The translations under genes and the position numbers were made by a program. From NCBI GenBank assembly GCA_003193925.1, contig PSPG01000015.1, forward strand, positions 1 through 14,108: a stretch of DNA of 14,108 bases, read 5' to 3'. A model generated the notes under the pieces. The model saw nothing but the letters and a program-made list of their open reading frames with translations, did no database searches and was not told the DNA's origin. This DNA is from Candidatus Thalassarchaeum betae (lineage in GTDB: Archaea; Thermoplasmatota; Poseidoniia; Poseidoniales; Thalassarchaeaceae). Shown piece after piece: positions 6,882 to 14,108 of this stretch (the first letter of the stretch is position 1; each line of letters opens with the position of its first letter).

Positions 6882-9161
6882 TCATTTCTTGCGGCCGGTG
6901 TAGACCAACAGACCGAGCAGGGCGGCCGCTACTGCGGTCAGTACGAAGAGCACGATATCGATCCCCCCCTCCTCCCACTTGGTGGGGTCATCCGGGTAGA
7001 AATCCGCGTTGTCGCCCACCCTATCGCCGTCGGTGTCCTCTGTCTCGGCGGGATCCAGAGGGAAAGCATCGCTGTTGTCGCCGATGCCATCCCCGTCGGT
7101 GTCTATCCACTCGAGCGGGTCGGCAGGGAACGCGTCCATGTTGTCCCCAAAGCCGTCCCCGTCGGTGTCTACCGTTTCGCTGGCGTCCCCGGGGAAGGCG
7201 TCTTGGTTGTCGCCTACCCCGTCCCCGTCGGTGTCGGCCCACTCTGAGGGGTCGTCTGGGAAGGCGTCTTGGTTGTCGCCTACCCCGTCCCCGTCGGTAT
7301 CGGCCCACTCTGAGGGGTCCTCTGGGAAGACATCGGCGTTGTCACCCACCCCGTCCCCGTCGGAATCGGCCCACTCTGAGGAATCATCGGGGAACGAATC
7401 GGCGTTGTCACCCACCCCGTCCCCGTCGGAATCGGCCCACTCCGAGGGATCCTGAGGAAATTCGTCTCGGTTGTCGCCGACCCCGTCAGCATCACTGTCG
7501 AGGGTCTCCGCAGCATCCTCCGGGAACGCATCGGCGTTGTCACCCACCCCATCACCATCGCTGTCGTCCCATTCGGTGGAGTCGAGCGGGAACTGATCGT
7601 CGCCGTCGGGGTCGCCGTCCCCATCGTCATCGTCGTCGAGCAGGTCGCACTCCCAGTCGCTGTCGGTGTCCGTCGGGACATCTGCGCGGTCCATCGGGTC
7701 GGTCTGGCAACTCAGCTCGTCCGCATCGGACCAGCCATCCCCGTCGTCATCCGCATCCGCGTTGTCGCCTACCCCGTCACCGTCGATGTCGGAGTGCTCG
7801 TCCGGATCGAGGGGGAAGGCGTCCTGTGCGTCATCCCAACCGTCGTTATCGTCGTCGGTGTCGGCGTTGTCCCCAACCCCGTCCCCATCCGTGTCGACGG
7901 TCTCGTTAGCATCGAGCGGGAAGGCGTCGTAGAAGTCCGCTACGCCGTCGTTGTCGTCGTCAGCGTCCGAATTGTCCCCTGTCCCGTCGCCGTCAGCATC
8001 GGACCACTCGTACGGATTATTGGGGAAGGCATCGCTAGGGACACAGACCCCGTCACCATCGCTGTCGATCCAGCCGGTCGGGTCGTCATCGCATTGGTCC
8101 GTATTGTCCCCGACCTTGTCCCCGTCCGCATCCGCCCACTCGTTGGGGTTGTAGATGAAGGCGTCCACATCGTCGCGGTAGCCGTCGCCGTCGGAGTCAC
8201 GTGAGAAGTCCTCGAGCGCCCAACTAAGACTCTCATCCGCCCATCCCGGGTCGTTCAGTGGGGGGGCGTGAGTCCCGTCGTTGATTCTCCAGTGCGCCAC
8301 CCGGTTGCCATCGGCGCAGTTCAGGTGCTCGAGATTGTCCGTCTCGGGGGCTCCGTCCGAGCCGGTCAGGTCGATGCTGCCGAGGTCTGTCCAGCTCGCA
8401 TCACAGCCTGACCTGTCGGCCCAGAAGGCGGTCGACTGTGGGGCAGAAGGATACGTATTGCCTCCGGTCATCGACCCACCGGCGTACTGTATGACGCTGT
8501 CAAGGGAGCCGTGGACATGCAGGATGTTCGGCCTTCCAGTATCGGGGCAGTCGTTGGCGAAATCATCCCACGTCGCCCCGTTCAGCGACACAATAGACTC
8601 GATTATCCCGCCTTGGTCGCACGCCATTCTGTGGCTCATGAACGCGCCGTTAGAGTGTCCTATCAACACAACTCCCTCTGGGTCCGCCCCGTAGTTCTGG
8701 ATGGCCTGGTCGATCAGGCCCGCGAGGAAAGCGACATCGTCCACCTCGGTGCCGAACAGGTTGCAGCAGGCCTCGGTGGCGTTCCAGAACCTCATGCCTA
8801 TGATATTCATAGTGCCGTCTGGGGTGAGCAGCAGGTGCTCGTTCTGGTGGACACTGTCATACAGGCTCATCCACCAAGCGTTGAAAAAACCGGAACTGGA
8901 GTACCCATGCAGACCGACGACCAGTGGGAGGGGGCGATCGTAGACGTGCCCGCCCGGCATGGTAAGCGTCGCGGACCTCCCCTCGGAGGTGAATGTGGCA
9001 GTGGTGTGCTCGTTGGTGTAGTTGATTGGGCCGTAGCCATCGTTTGAGTCGGTCCAGAGCCTGTCCTCGATTTCCTCGACCTGCGCCTGCTCACCGCCCG
9101 GCAGTCCGAATGCCATTATCATCAGGCAGACAAGAATAGGTGCGTAGGGGCGATTGCTCAC
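6882..9161 (-). CDS. Surface-anchored alpha/beta-hydrolase (PHB depolymerase / LpqC-like esterase) with thrombospondin type-3 repeat stalk and C-terminal TM anchor
   Basis: Signal peptide; PLVVGLHGY (oxyanion), WNATEACC, VDDVAFL, GHSNG (nucleophile), HVHGSLD (Asp) and GTHAP (His). Then about 400 aa of DxDGDGVGDNxDAFPxDPxEW repeats, and a TM helix ending in GRKK. Confidence 0.9.
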   Translation of the reverse strand: MSNRPYAPILVCLMIMAFGLPGGEQAQVEEIEDRLWTDSNDGYGPINYTNEHTTATFTSEGRSATLTMPGGHVYDRPLPLVVGLHGYSSSGFFNAWWMSLYDSVHQNEHLLLTPDGTMNIIGMRFWNATEACCNLFGTEVDDVAFLAGLIDQAIQNYGADPEGVVLIGHSNGAFMSHRMACDQGGIIESIVSLNGATWDDFANDCPDTGRPNILHVHGSLDSVIQYAGGSMTGGNTYPSAPQSTAFWADRSGCDASWTDLGSIDLTGSDGAPETDNLEHLNCADGNRVAHWRINDGTHAPPLNDPGWADESLSWALEDFSRDSDGDGYRDDVDAFIYNPNEWADADGDKVGDNTDQCDDDPTGWIDSDGDGVCVPSDAFPNNPYEWSDADGDGTGDNSDADDDNDGVADFYDAFPLDANETVDTDGDGVGDNADTDDDNDGWDDAQDAFPLDPDEHSDIDGDGVGDNADADDDGDGWSDADELSCQTDPMDRADVPTDTDSDWECDLLDDDDDGDGDPDGDDQFPLDSTEWDDSDGDGVGDNADAFPEDAAETLDSDADGVGDNRDEFPQDPSEWADSDGDGVGDNADSFPDDSSEWADSDGDGVGDNADVFPEDPSEWADTDGDGVGDNQDAFPDDPSEWADTDGDGVGDNQDAFPGDASETVDTDGDGFGDNMDAFPADPLEWIDTDGDGIGDNSDAFPLDPAETEDTDGDRVGDNADFYPDDPTKWEEGGIDIVLFVLTAVAAALLGLLVYTGRKK
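6975..8200 (-). repeat. Thrombospondin type-3-like Ca-binding repeat array (mostly 22 aa / 66 bp period)
   Basis: Repeated DTDGDGVGDNxDAFPxDPSEWA units. DNA units 7195-7260 and 7261-7326 differ at only 2 of 66 positions. Confidence 0.92.
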
Positions 9162-9220
9162 GCGCCCTTCCTCACGCAGGCCACTAAGAATCTGCCTCAG
9201 CCGCGCTGATTGCAGTCGGG

Positions 9221-9247
9221 TGGTGCAGAGGCCAGGGTTCGAACCTG
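9221..9247 (-). pseudogene. tRNA 3'-end fragment (T arm, 3' acceptor strand and ACCA), possibly tRNA-Leu-derived
   Basis: Minus strand reads CAGG-TTCGAAC-CCTG-G-CCTCTGC-A-CCA, which is canonical spacing of T loop, T stem, 7-nt acceptor strand, discriminator A and CCA. No convincing D or anticodon arm upstream. Confidence 0.6.
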
Positions 9248-9280
9248 CGGATTCAAGTCGTTGCGCTCTGTGCGAAACCC

Positions 9281-10033
9281 ATGGCCGCTGCGATAGTTGT
9301 CGATGGATTGTATCGGGGCTACGGATCGGGGCGCAGCAGGGTCGATGTCCTGCAGAGCCTGGGCATGAACGTAGAGGATGGTTCGATCTACGGGCTGCTA
9401 GGTCCCTCTGGATGCGGCAAGACCACTCTGCTCAAGGTGGTACTGGGCCGATTGGTGCCCGAATCTGGCAGTGTCGACGTGCTCGGCTCAAGACCGGGGG
9501 AGCCCGGCTCGCCTGTGCCCGGAAGTGCTGTGGGCTACTCGCCGCAGGAGATCGCCCTGTATGAGGACCTCTCGATCGCCGAGACGTTCCTCTTCCACGG
9601 CCGCCTGCATGGGATGAGCCGAGACAGGATATCCGCTCGACAGACCTGGCTGATTGGCTTTCTCGACCTGCCCGACCCGGGCTGGCAGGTCGGCAAGCTG
9701 TCCGGCGGGCAGAAGCGCAGGGTCAGTCTCGCCGTGGCACTGCTGCACGAGCCACGGTTGCTGCTGCTGGACGAGCCGACAGTCGGCGTCGACCCGGAGC
9801 TGCGCGCCCGCATCTGGGACCACCTGCGCGAAATCGCTGACGGCGGCACGACGGTGGTCCTCACCACCCACTACATCGACGAGGCGGGGCAAGCCGACCG
9901 CGTCGGCCTGATGCGCAACGGCGGGCTACTCGCAGAGGATGCACCAGGCTCGCTGATGGAGCCTCACGGACACAGCTCGCTCGAGCAGACCTTCCTGATG
10001 CTGTGCCGCCGGGACGGGGGTGCTGCGGCGTGA
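9281..10033 (+). CDS. ABC transporter ATP-binding protein (ABC-2 / ABCH-like)
   Basis: Walker A GPSGCGKTT, Q-loop YSPQE, signature LSGGQ, Walker B LLLLDEPT, H-loop TTHY. Confidence 0.96.
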   Translation: MAAAIVVDGLYRGYGSGRSRVDVLQSLGMNVEDGSIYGLLGPSGCGKTTLLKVVLGRLVPESGSVDVLGSRPGEPGSPVPGSAVGYSPQEIALYEDLSIAETFLFHGRLHGMSRDRISARQTWLIGFLDLPDPGWQVGKLSGGQKRRVSLAVALLHEPRLLLLDEPTVGVDPELRARIWDHLREIADGGTTVVLTTHYIDEAGQADRVGLMRNGGLLAEDAPGSLMEPHGHSSLEQTFLMLCRRDGGAAA

Positions 10034-11094
10034 AGATGGAACGGGTTCACGCCATAGGGGCGCGCAAATTCGCGTCCCTGCGCCGCGACAAGCAGATGTT
10101 CGGCTTCATCGTGCTGATGCCTGCCATCCAGATCATCCTGTTCGGGATCGCCATCGGCCAGACACCCTACGACCTGGACTTCGGAGTCATCGACGAGAGC
10201 GACGGGGCTCTGCAGGGGGTCGAGACGGGGCTGGCCGCGTCTCATGCGCTGATCATCCACGAGTACGACACCGTCGCCGATGCTAGGGCGGACATCGAGG
10301 AGGGTGCCATCTGGGGGGCTCTGCTGCTGACTGAGGAAGGTCAGTTGGAGTTGCACCTAGACAACTCGAACCAGCAAGTTAGCAATACCATCCTCATAGA
10401 GGTCCGCAACGCAATGGAGGCCGCGCTCGCAGAGCAAGGAGCCTCACTCCCGATGGAGATAGCTGACCCCGTCTTCGGCGAGCGCGATCCTTCTTTCATC
10501 GACTTCCTAGCGCCTGGCATCATCACCCTCGTCTGCTTCATGTTCAGCACCATCCTGACCACAATCGCGTTCGTCGGCGAGCGTTACGACGGTACCCTCG
10601 ACCGCGTCTTCGCTGCTGGGACCAAGCCCTCGGAGGTTCTGCTGGGTCACATGGGCGCGTTCTCGACCATCCTGATCGGTCAGGTACTGGTCGTCATCGG
10701 AATCGCGGTCTTCGCCTTCGATACCCCCGTCAACGGAAACCCGATCATCCTCTTCCTGCTCGCCCTGATGCTCGGATGGGCCGCCATGTGCCTTGGTCTG
10801 CTGATTTCAAGCAAGGCCAAGTCCGAGTTTCAGGGGGTGCAACTCAACATGCCCATCCTATTCACCGTGCTCCTGCTCTCGGGCATCCTCTGGCCGGTCG
10901 AAGCGTTGCCTGAGTGGATACAGCCCGTCTCCTACGCCCTGCCGACGACTTGGACCGCCGAGGCCTTCCGCTCGATCATGATACGGGGGTGGGGCCTCGA
11001 GAGCACGGTGGTCCTCACCGCATTCGCCTTCGATGCGGTGTTCGCTGTGGTGATGCTCGGAATAGCAAGTCGGACGCTGCGAGTCCAAGAGTGA
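10030..11094 (+). CDS. ABC-2-type transporter permease with an extracellular domain
   Basis: One N-terminal TM, an extracellular loop, then about 5 TMs. Motifs DFLAPGI, ERYDGTLDR, LLSGILWPVEALPEW, LPTTW. Start is GTG 10030 (GTGA overlap with the ATPase stop) or ATG 10036. Confidence 0.93.
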   Translation: MKMERVHAIGARKFASLRRDKQMFGFIVLMPAIQIILFGIAIGQTPYDLDFGVIDESDGALQGVETGLAASHALIIHEYDTVADARADIEEGAIWGALLLTEEGQLELHLDNSNQQVSNTILIEVRNAMEAALAEQGASLPMEIADPVFGERDPSFIDFLAPGIITLVCFMFSTILTTIAFVGERYDGTLDRVFAAGTKPSEVLLGHMGAFSTILIGQVLVVIGIAVFAFDTPVNGNPIILFLLALMLGWAAMCLGLLISSKAKSEFQGVQLNMPILFTVLLLSGILWPVEALPEWIQPVSYALPTTWTAEAFRSIMIRGWGLESTVVLTAFAFDAVFAVVMLGIASRTLRVQE

Positions 11095-11107
11095 GGAGGG
11101 GAGGGGC

Positions 11108-11605
11108 TTGACCCGAGACGCCGAGTGGCTGGTCTCGATGCTCACAGCGGAGCTCGACTTGCGGCCACCGCGCTCAATCGAGGCCGAGCGTGTCCGTCTA
11201 GAGTCGGGGAAGCCGATCCTGTTGCGCGACGAGGCCGGTCGGTTGGTCGCCCACGGAAGCCTGAGGAGGCTCGGGCGCGGCTGGGAGCTCGTTACCCTCG
11301 TGGTCGAGCCAAGCAGGCGGGGCGAGGGGCTGTCGCACCGTCTGGTGGAGGCCGCGGTCGAGCGAGTCGGAAGCACGGCGACGCTGCACAGCTGGACCAA
11401 GTCCCCAGCATTGGCGAAGAGTCTGCTCGATGGCGGCTTCCGCAGGACGCGGTGGCTCGGTCTGGCAGTGGGGGCTCATCTCAGCCTCCTCTCAGCAACG
11501 CGAGTGGTCGAGCAGCTGCTCCGTCTGGAATGGAGGCGAACGGCTCATCAGATAATCAATCTAGGCCGATACAAACTCTACGTCCTAGATTCGAAGAAGC
11601 GGTAG
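11108..11605 (+). CDS. GNAT-family N-acetyltransferase
   Basis: Acetyl-CoA-binding motif A LVVEPSRRGEGLSHRLV and a later GGF. TTG start with SD-like GAGGAGGGG, 13 nt after the permease stop. Confidence 0.78.
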   Translation: MTRDAEWLVSMLTAELDLRPPRSIEAERVRLESGKPILLRDEAGRLVAHGSLRRLGRGWELVTLVVEPSRRGEGLSHRLVEAAVERVGSTATLHSWTKSPALAKSLLDGGFRRTRWLGLAVGAHLSLLSATRVVEQLLRLEWRRTAHQIINLGRYKLYVLDSKKR

Positions 11606-11615
11606 TCGGATTGAC

Positions 11616-11627
11616 GGGCTTCGGCCC
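11616..11627. terminator. Short GC hairpin with a cUUCGg tetraloop between convergent genes
   Basis: GGGC-TTCG-GCCC, 10 nt after the GNAT stop. No long T-run follows, so terminator function is tentative. Confidence 0.35.
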
Positions 11628-11691
11628 CTTGACAACTCTGCTCGCTCTCATCGGTGCTGCCGGGGCTCGGACGCTGGGCGACCGGGAATAA

Positions 11692-12801
11692 TCAGTCCCA
11701 CCAGTTGAGGCGGTCGGTAATCAGCTCCCCTGACTTGGCGCCGCGGAGGACGATGGTGGCTGGGGTGTCCGGCTTGGTCGGGGAGAACGAGTCGCATGGG
11801 ACGATCTCGTAGGTTCCGTCCGGCCTGGTCCAGCGTAGCTTGGCCTTGGCCTGCCCGCCGTTCTCATAGTACTCCATCCTGAAGTCGTAGACCTCCCCGG
11901 CCTCGAATTCGACCGGCGTGGGGTGGATGGTGGCCTGGTCGTACCACTCGTCCACAAGCAACTGCCCGTCCACCCAGAGCCTAACGCCGTCGTCGGTGGA
12001 GGTCTCGAGGGTGTACGTGCCAGTCTCCTTCGGGATGATGAACCCCGACCAGCGTATGCTGAACTGGTCGCCGCCCACACCAGGGGGCCCGCCGCTGCCC
12101 CAGTTGATGTCGATGTTGGGGTCGACGCCGGCGACCTTCGGCTCGCCGGACAGGTCCTTGTTGTCCCAGACCTCCGAGTTCAGCCCGCCGCACAGGTTGT
12201 TGATCAGGACCACGTTGCCCGTTTGGGTGAGAGCCTGGGCGGGAAGCGGGTTCCTCGCTGCCCCAGAGCCGTGGAAGATGAGGAAAAGGCCCCAGAACGG
12301 CCCTTGGAAGCCGATTCCCGTCACTATCAAGGCCGGGACGAAGAGGGCCCAAGCCCAGCCCTCCGGCTCCATGCCGATGCCGAACATCATGCCCCACCAG
12401 GTGTAGCAGGTGGTGAAGACGAACAAGAGCCAGAACCAGATCATCCCGAAGTGCAGGAGGTGGATGCCGCCGATCTGCTCCCCGGCTCTCTTCTCGCTGG
12501 GCTTGCCGAAGAAGGCCCAGGTGAAGAAGAGTGTCGAGTAGGCCCACGGATAGAGTGCGAAGCCGGACAGGAGGATGGCGAGGAAGCCCCATGCGGTCGA
12601 CTCGTTGAATGTAACATCCCAAAACCAGGGCAGCTGCCAAACGGATATCGCGAATGCCATCCACGGGAAGCCGACTACCATTGCAGCCACAGCGTATCCG
12701 AACAGCCCGCTGTCGAATTTGGGGAGGTCCTTCGGCTTGTGCCAATTCTCATAGGAAGTCCGGCCTTCGGTCTCGTCCTTCGAATAGGAGGTCACGACCA
12801 T
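11692..12801 (-). CDS. Multi-pass membrane protein (~4 TM) with a C-terminal PA14 domain
   Basis: PA14 pattern DPNIDINWGSG..DQFSIRWSGFI..ETGTYT..TDDGVRLWVDGQLLVDEW..RMEYYENGG.A...LRW. The N-terminal half has four aromatic-rich hydrophobic segments. Confidence 0.88.
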   Translation of the reverse strand: MVVTSYSKDETEGRTSYENWHKPKDLPKFDSGLFGYAVAAMVVGFPWMAFAISVWQLPWFWDVTFNESTAWGFLAILLSGFALYPWAYSTLFFTWAFFGKPSEKRAGEQIGGIHLLHFGMIWFWLLFVFTTCYTWWGMMFGIGMEPEGWAWALFVPALIVTGIGFQGPFWGLFLIFHGSGAARNPLPAQALTQTGNVVLINNLCGGLNSEVWDNKDLSGEPKVAGVDPNIDINWGSGGPPGVGGDQFSIRWSGFIIPKETGTYTLETSTDDGVRLWVDGQLLVDEWYDQATIHPTPVEFEAGEVYDFRMEYYENGGQAKAKLRWTRPDGTYEIVPCDSFSPTKPDTPATIVLRGAKSGELITDRLNWWD

Positions 12802-12832
12802 ACGCGGGCGGCGCCGGATATGGGGCTTGCCG

Positions 12833-13651
12833 TCACAGTTCTGACATCACATAGTCCACCGCATTGCGGAAGATCGCCATGCCCTCGCCCTCACCGTGCT
12901 CCAGATTCTCGCGCGTCCAGGTGGCACCGAGCCAGGTCGAGTGGTTGGCCTCCGGATGGGGCATCAGGCCGAAGACGAGGCCCGAGGGATCGCAAACTCC
13001 GGCGATGTTACGCCAGCTCTGGTTGGGCGAGGTCGGGTAGGGTAGAATCTCGTCTGATGTCGAGGGGAACTGCGATTCTGGGTCGACGTAGCGCACCGCC
13101 AGCTGGCCCGAGTCTGCCCACTTGTCGAGCAGAGGCGCGTCGTCGGTGACGAACTTGCCCTCGCCGTGGCGCACAGGCACTCGGATGCGCTGCATCCCCT
13201 TGGTCCAGATGCAAGGGCTGTCGGCATCGAACTCGAGGGTGACCCATCGGTCCTCGTAGTGGCCGCTGTCGTTGAGAGCGAGGGATGCGGTCTGGGTCAG
13301 GCTGACCTCGTCGTCGCCCGGCAGCAGACCCATCTTGACAAGGGCCTGGAAGCCGTTGCAGATCCCGATGATCGGTTTGCCGTCCTTGACGAAGTCTCGC
13401 ACTTGCTCGCGCAGACCGAAGCGCAGGCGGTTGCCCAACAGTCGGCCGCTGCCGAGGTGGTCGCCGAAGGAGAAGCCTCCCGGGACGGCCATGATGTGGT
13501 AGTCTTCCAGGCTGGCCTCGCCGCTGACCAGCCGGTTGACGTGAATTCTGTCCGCAGAGGCGCCGGCCATCTCGAAGACCGCCATGGTCTCCAACTCACA
13601 ATTGATCCCGAAGCCGGATATGACTGCCACGCGCGGCTTGCCTCCCATCAC
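12833..13651 (-). CDS. purQ: Phosphoribosylformylglycinamidine synthase glutaminase subunit PurQ
   Basis: GFGINCELET, PGGFSFGD, catalytic GICNGFQ, PVRHGEG, GLMPHPE. Start overlaps the purL stop. Confidence 0.96.
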   Translation of the reverse strand: MMGGKPRVAVISGFGINCELETMAVFEMAGASADRIHVNRLVSGEASLEDYHIMAVPGGFSFGDHLGSGRLLGNRLRFGLREQVRDFVKDGKPIIGICNGFQALVKMGLLPGDDEVSLTQTASLALNDSGHYEDRWVTLEFDADSPCIWTKGMQRIRVPVRHGEGKFVTDDAPLLDKWADSGQLAVRYVDPESQFPSTSDEILPYPTSPNQSWRNIAGVCDPSGLVFGLMPHPEANHSTWLGATWTRENLEHGEGEGMAIFRNAVDYVMSEL

Positions 13652-14108
13652 GCATCACCCCCCAAAGCGCCCTGCCACGAGGTCTTGAGTTCCGCCATAG
13701 AGGCTCTCAGTACCTCGGTATCACGGTAGTTGACTGTGATGTCGTCGCTTTCCTCGACCACGCCGAGGAGGGTGCATGAGTTGCCCTCCATCGCTTTGGC
13801 GAAGTCCTCGGAGACGCCGGGGGCAACGCTGACGAGGATGCGGCCGAGGCTCTCGCCGAACAGCGCGCCCCACTCATCGAGGTGGCTGCAGTCGCTCTCG
13901 AGCCCGGCGATGTCCGCGGAAGCTCCTGCGTCGGCGCCGAAGCAGCACTCTGTCAGTGCCACCGCGAGGCCGCCATCGCTGCAGTCGTGGGCGCTCGCTA
14001 CCAAGCCGTCTGACATCGCCGATGTCAGTGCGCGGTACATCGCTAGATTGCGCTCGGGGTTGATGCGCGGAATTTCGCCGCCAATACCCCCCGAGCACTC
14101 GTCTCGGA
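13648..14108 (-). CDS. purL: Phosphoribosylformylglycinamidine synthase subunit PurL, C-terminal part (5' end outside the window)
   Basis: SAHDCSDGGLAVALTE and LFGESLGRILV motifs. The frame stays open to the window edge (RDECSGGIGGEIPRINPERNLAM...). Directly upstream of purQ. Confidence 0.95.
   Translation of the reverse strand, partial: RDECSGGIGGEIPRINPERNLAMYRALTSAMSDGLVASAHDCSDGGLAVALTECCFGADAGASADIAGLESDCSHLDEWGALFGESLGRILVSVAPGVSEDFAKAMEGNSCTLLGVVEESDDITVNYRDTEVLRASMAELKTSWQGALGGDA

Noticed and set aside
7009-8154. Plus-strand Ser/Pro-rich repetitive ORFs (SPTPSPS...)
   Set aside because: Antisense translation of the GDGVGD repeats of the TSP3 region.
6975-8200. Periodic ~66-bp repeats that could be mistaken for a CRISPR array
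   Set aside because: In-frame protein repeats with synonymous variation, no unique spacers and no cas genes.
9221-9291. Complete functional tRNA gene
   Set aside because: Only 71 nt, lacks U8 and a D arm, the anticodon stem does not pair, and it overlaps the ABC start codon. Kept only as a 3' fragment.
11125-11691. Alternative 188-aa plus-strand ORF overlapping the GNAT
   Set aside because: Low-complexity Arg/Gly/Ala content with no motif, whereas the GNAT frame has motif A and an SD.
11923-13149. Long 408-aa plus-strand ORF and similar antisense ORFs across the window
   Set aside because: They lie opposite well-supported genes (PA14 protein, purQ and others). Long antisense ORFs are expected at high GC3.

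Overview
GC-rich, gene-dense window with 14 coding regions. Gene content (TSP3-repeat surface protein, lipoprotein M28 peptidase, M50 protease, AlaX, split purL/purQ) and TATA-box promoters with apparently leaderless starts suggest an archaeon, probably Marine Group II (Poseidoniales, Thermoplasmatota); this taxonomy is inference. Left to right: a groES gene absent from the ORF track (cut off by the window edge), a structured intergenic region, HAD phosphatase, DDAH-family amidinohydrolase, membrane protein, M28 peptidase, small HTH regulator behind a tetO-like palindrome, M50 protease, AlaX, Cys-rich hypothetical, a membrane-tethered PHB-depolymerase-like esterase on a TSP3 stalk, a tRNA 3'-end fragment, a two-gene ABC transporter resembling eukaryotic ABCH, a GNAT, a 4-TM + PA14 protein, purQ and the 3' end of purL. 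No CRISPR, integrase or transposase was seen. All family calls come from motif recognition, with no database searches. The best leads are the ABCH-like exporter with its divergent esterase, the tRNA fragment, the tetO-like operator and two structured intergenic regions. None is shown to be a new system.
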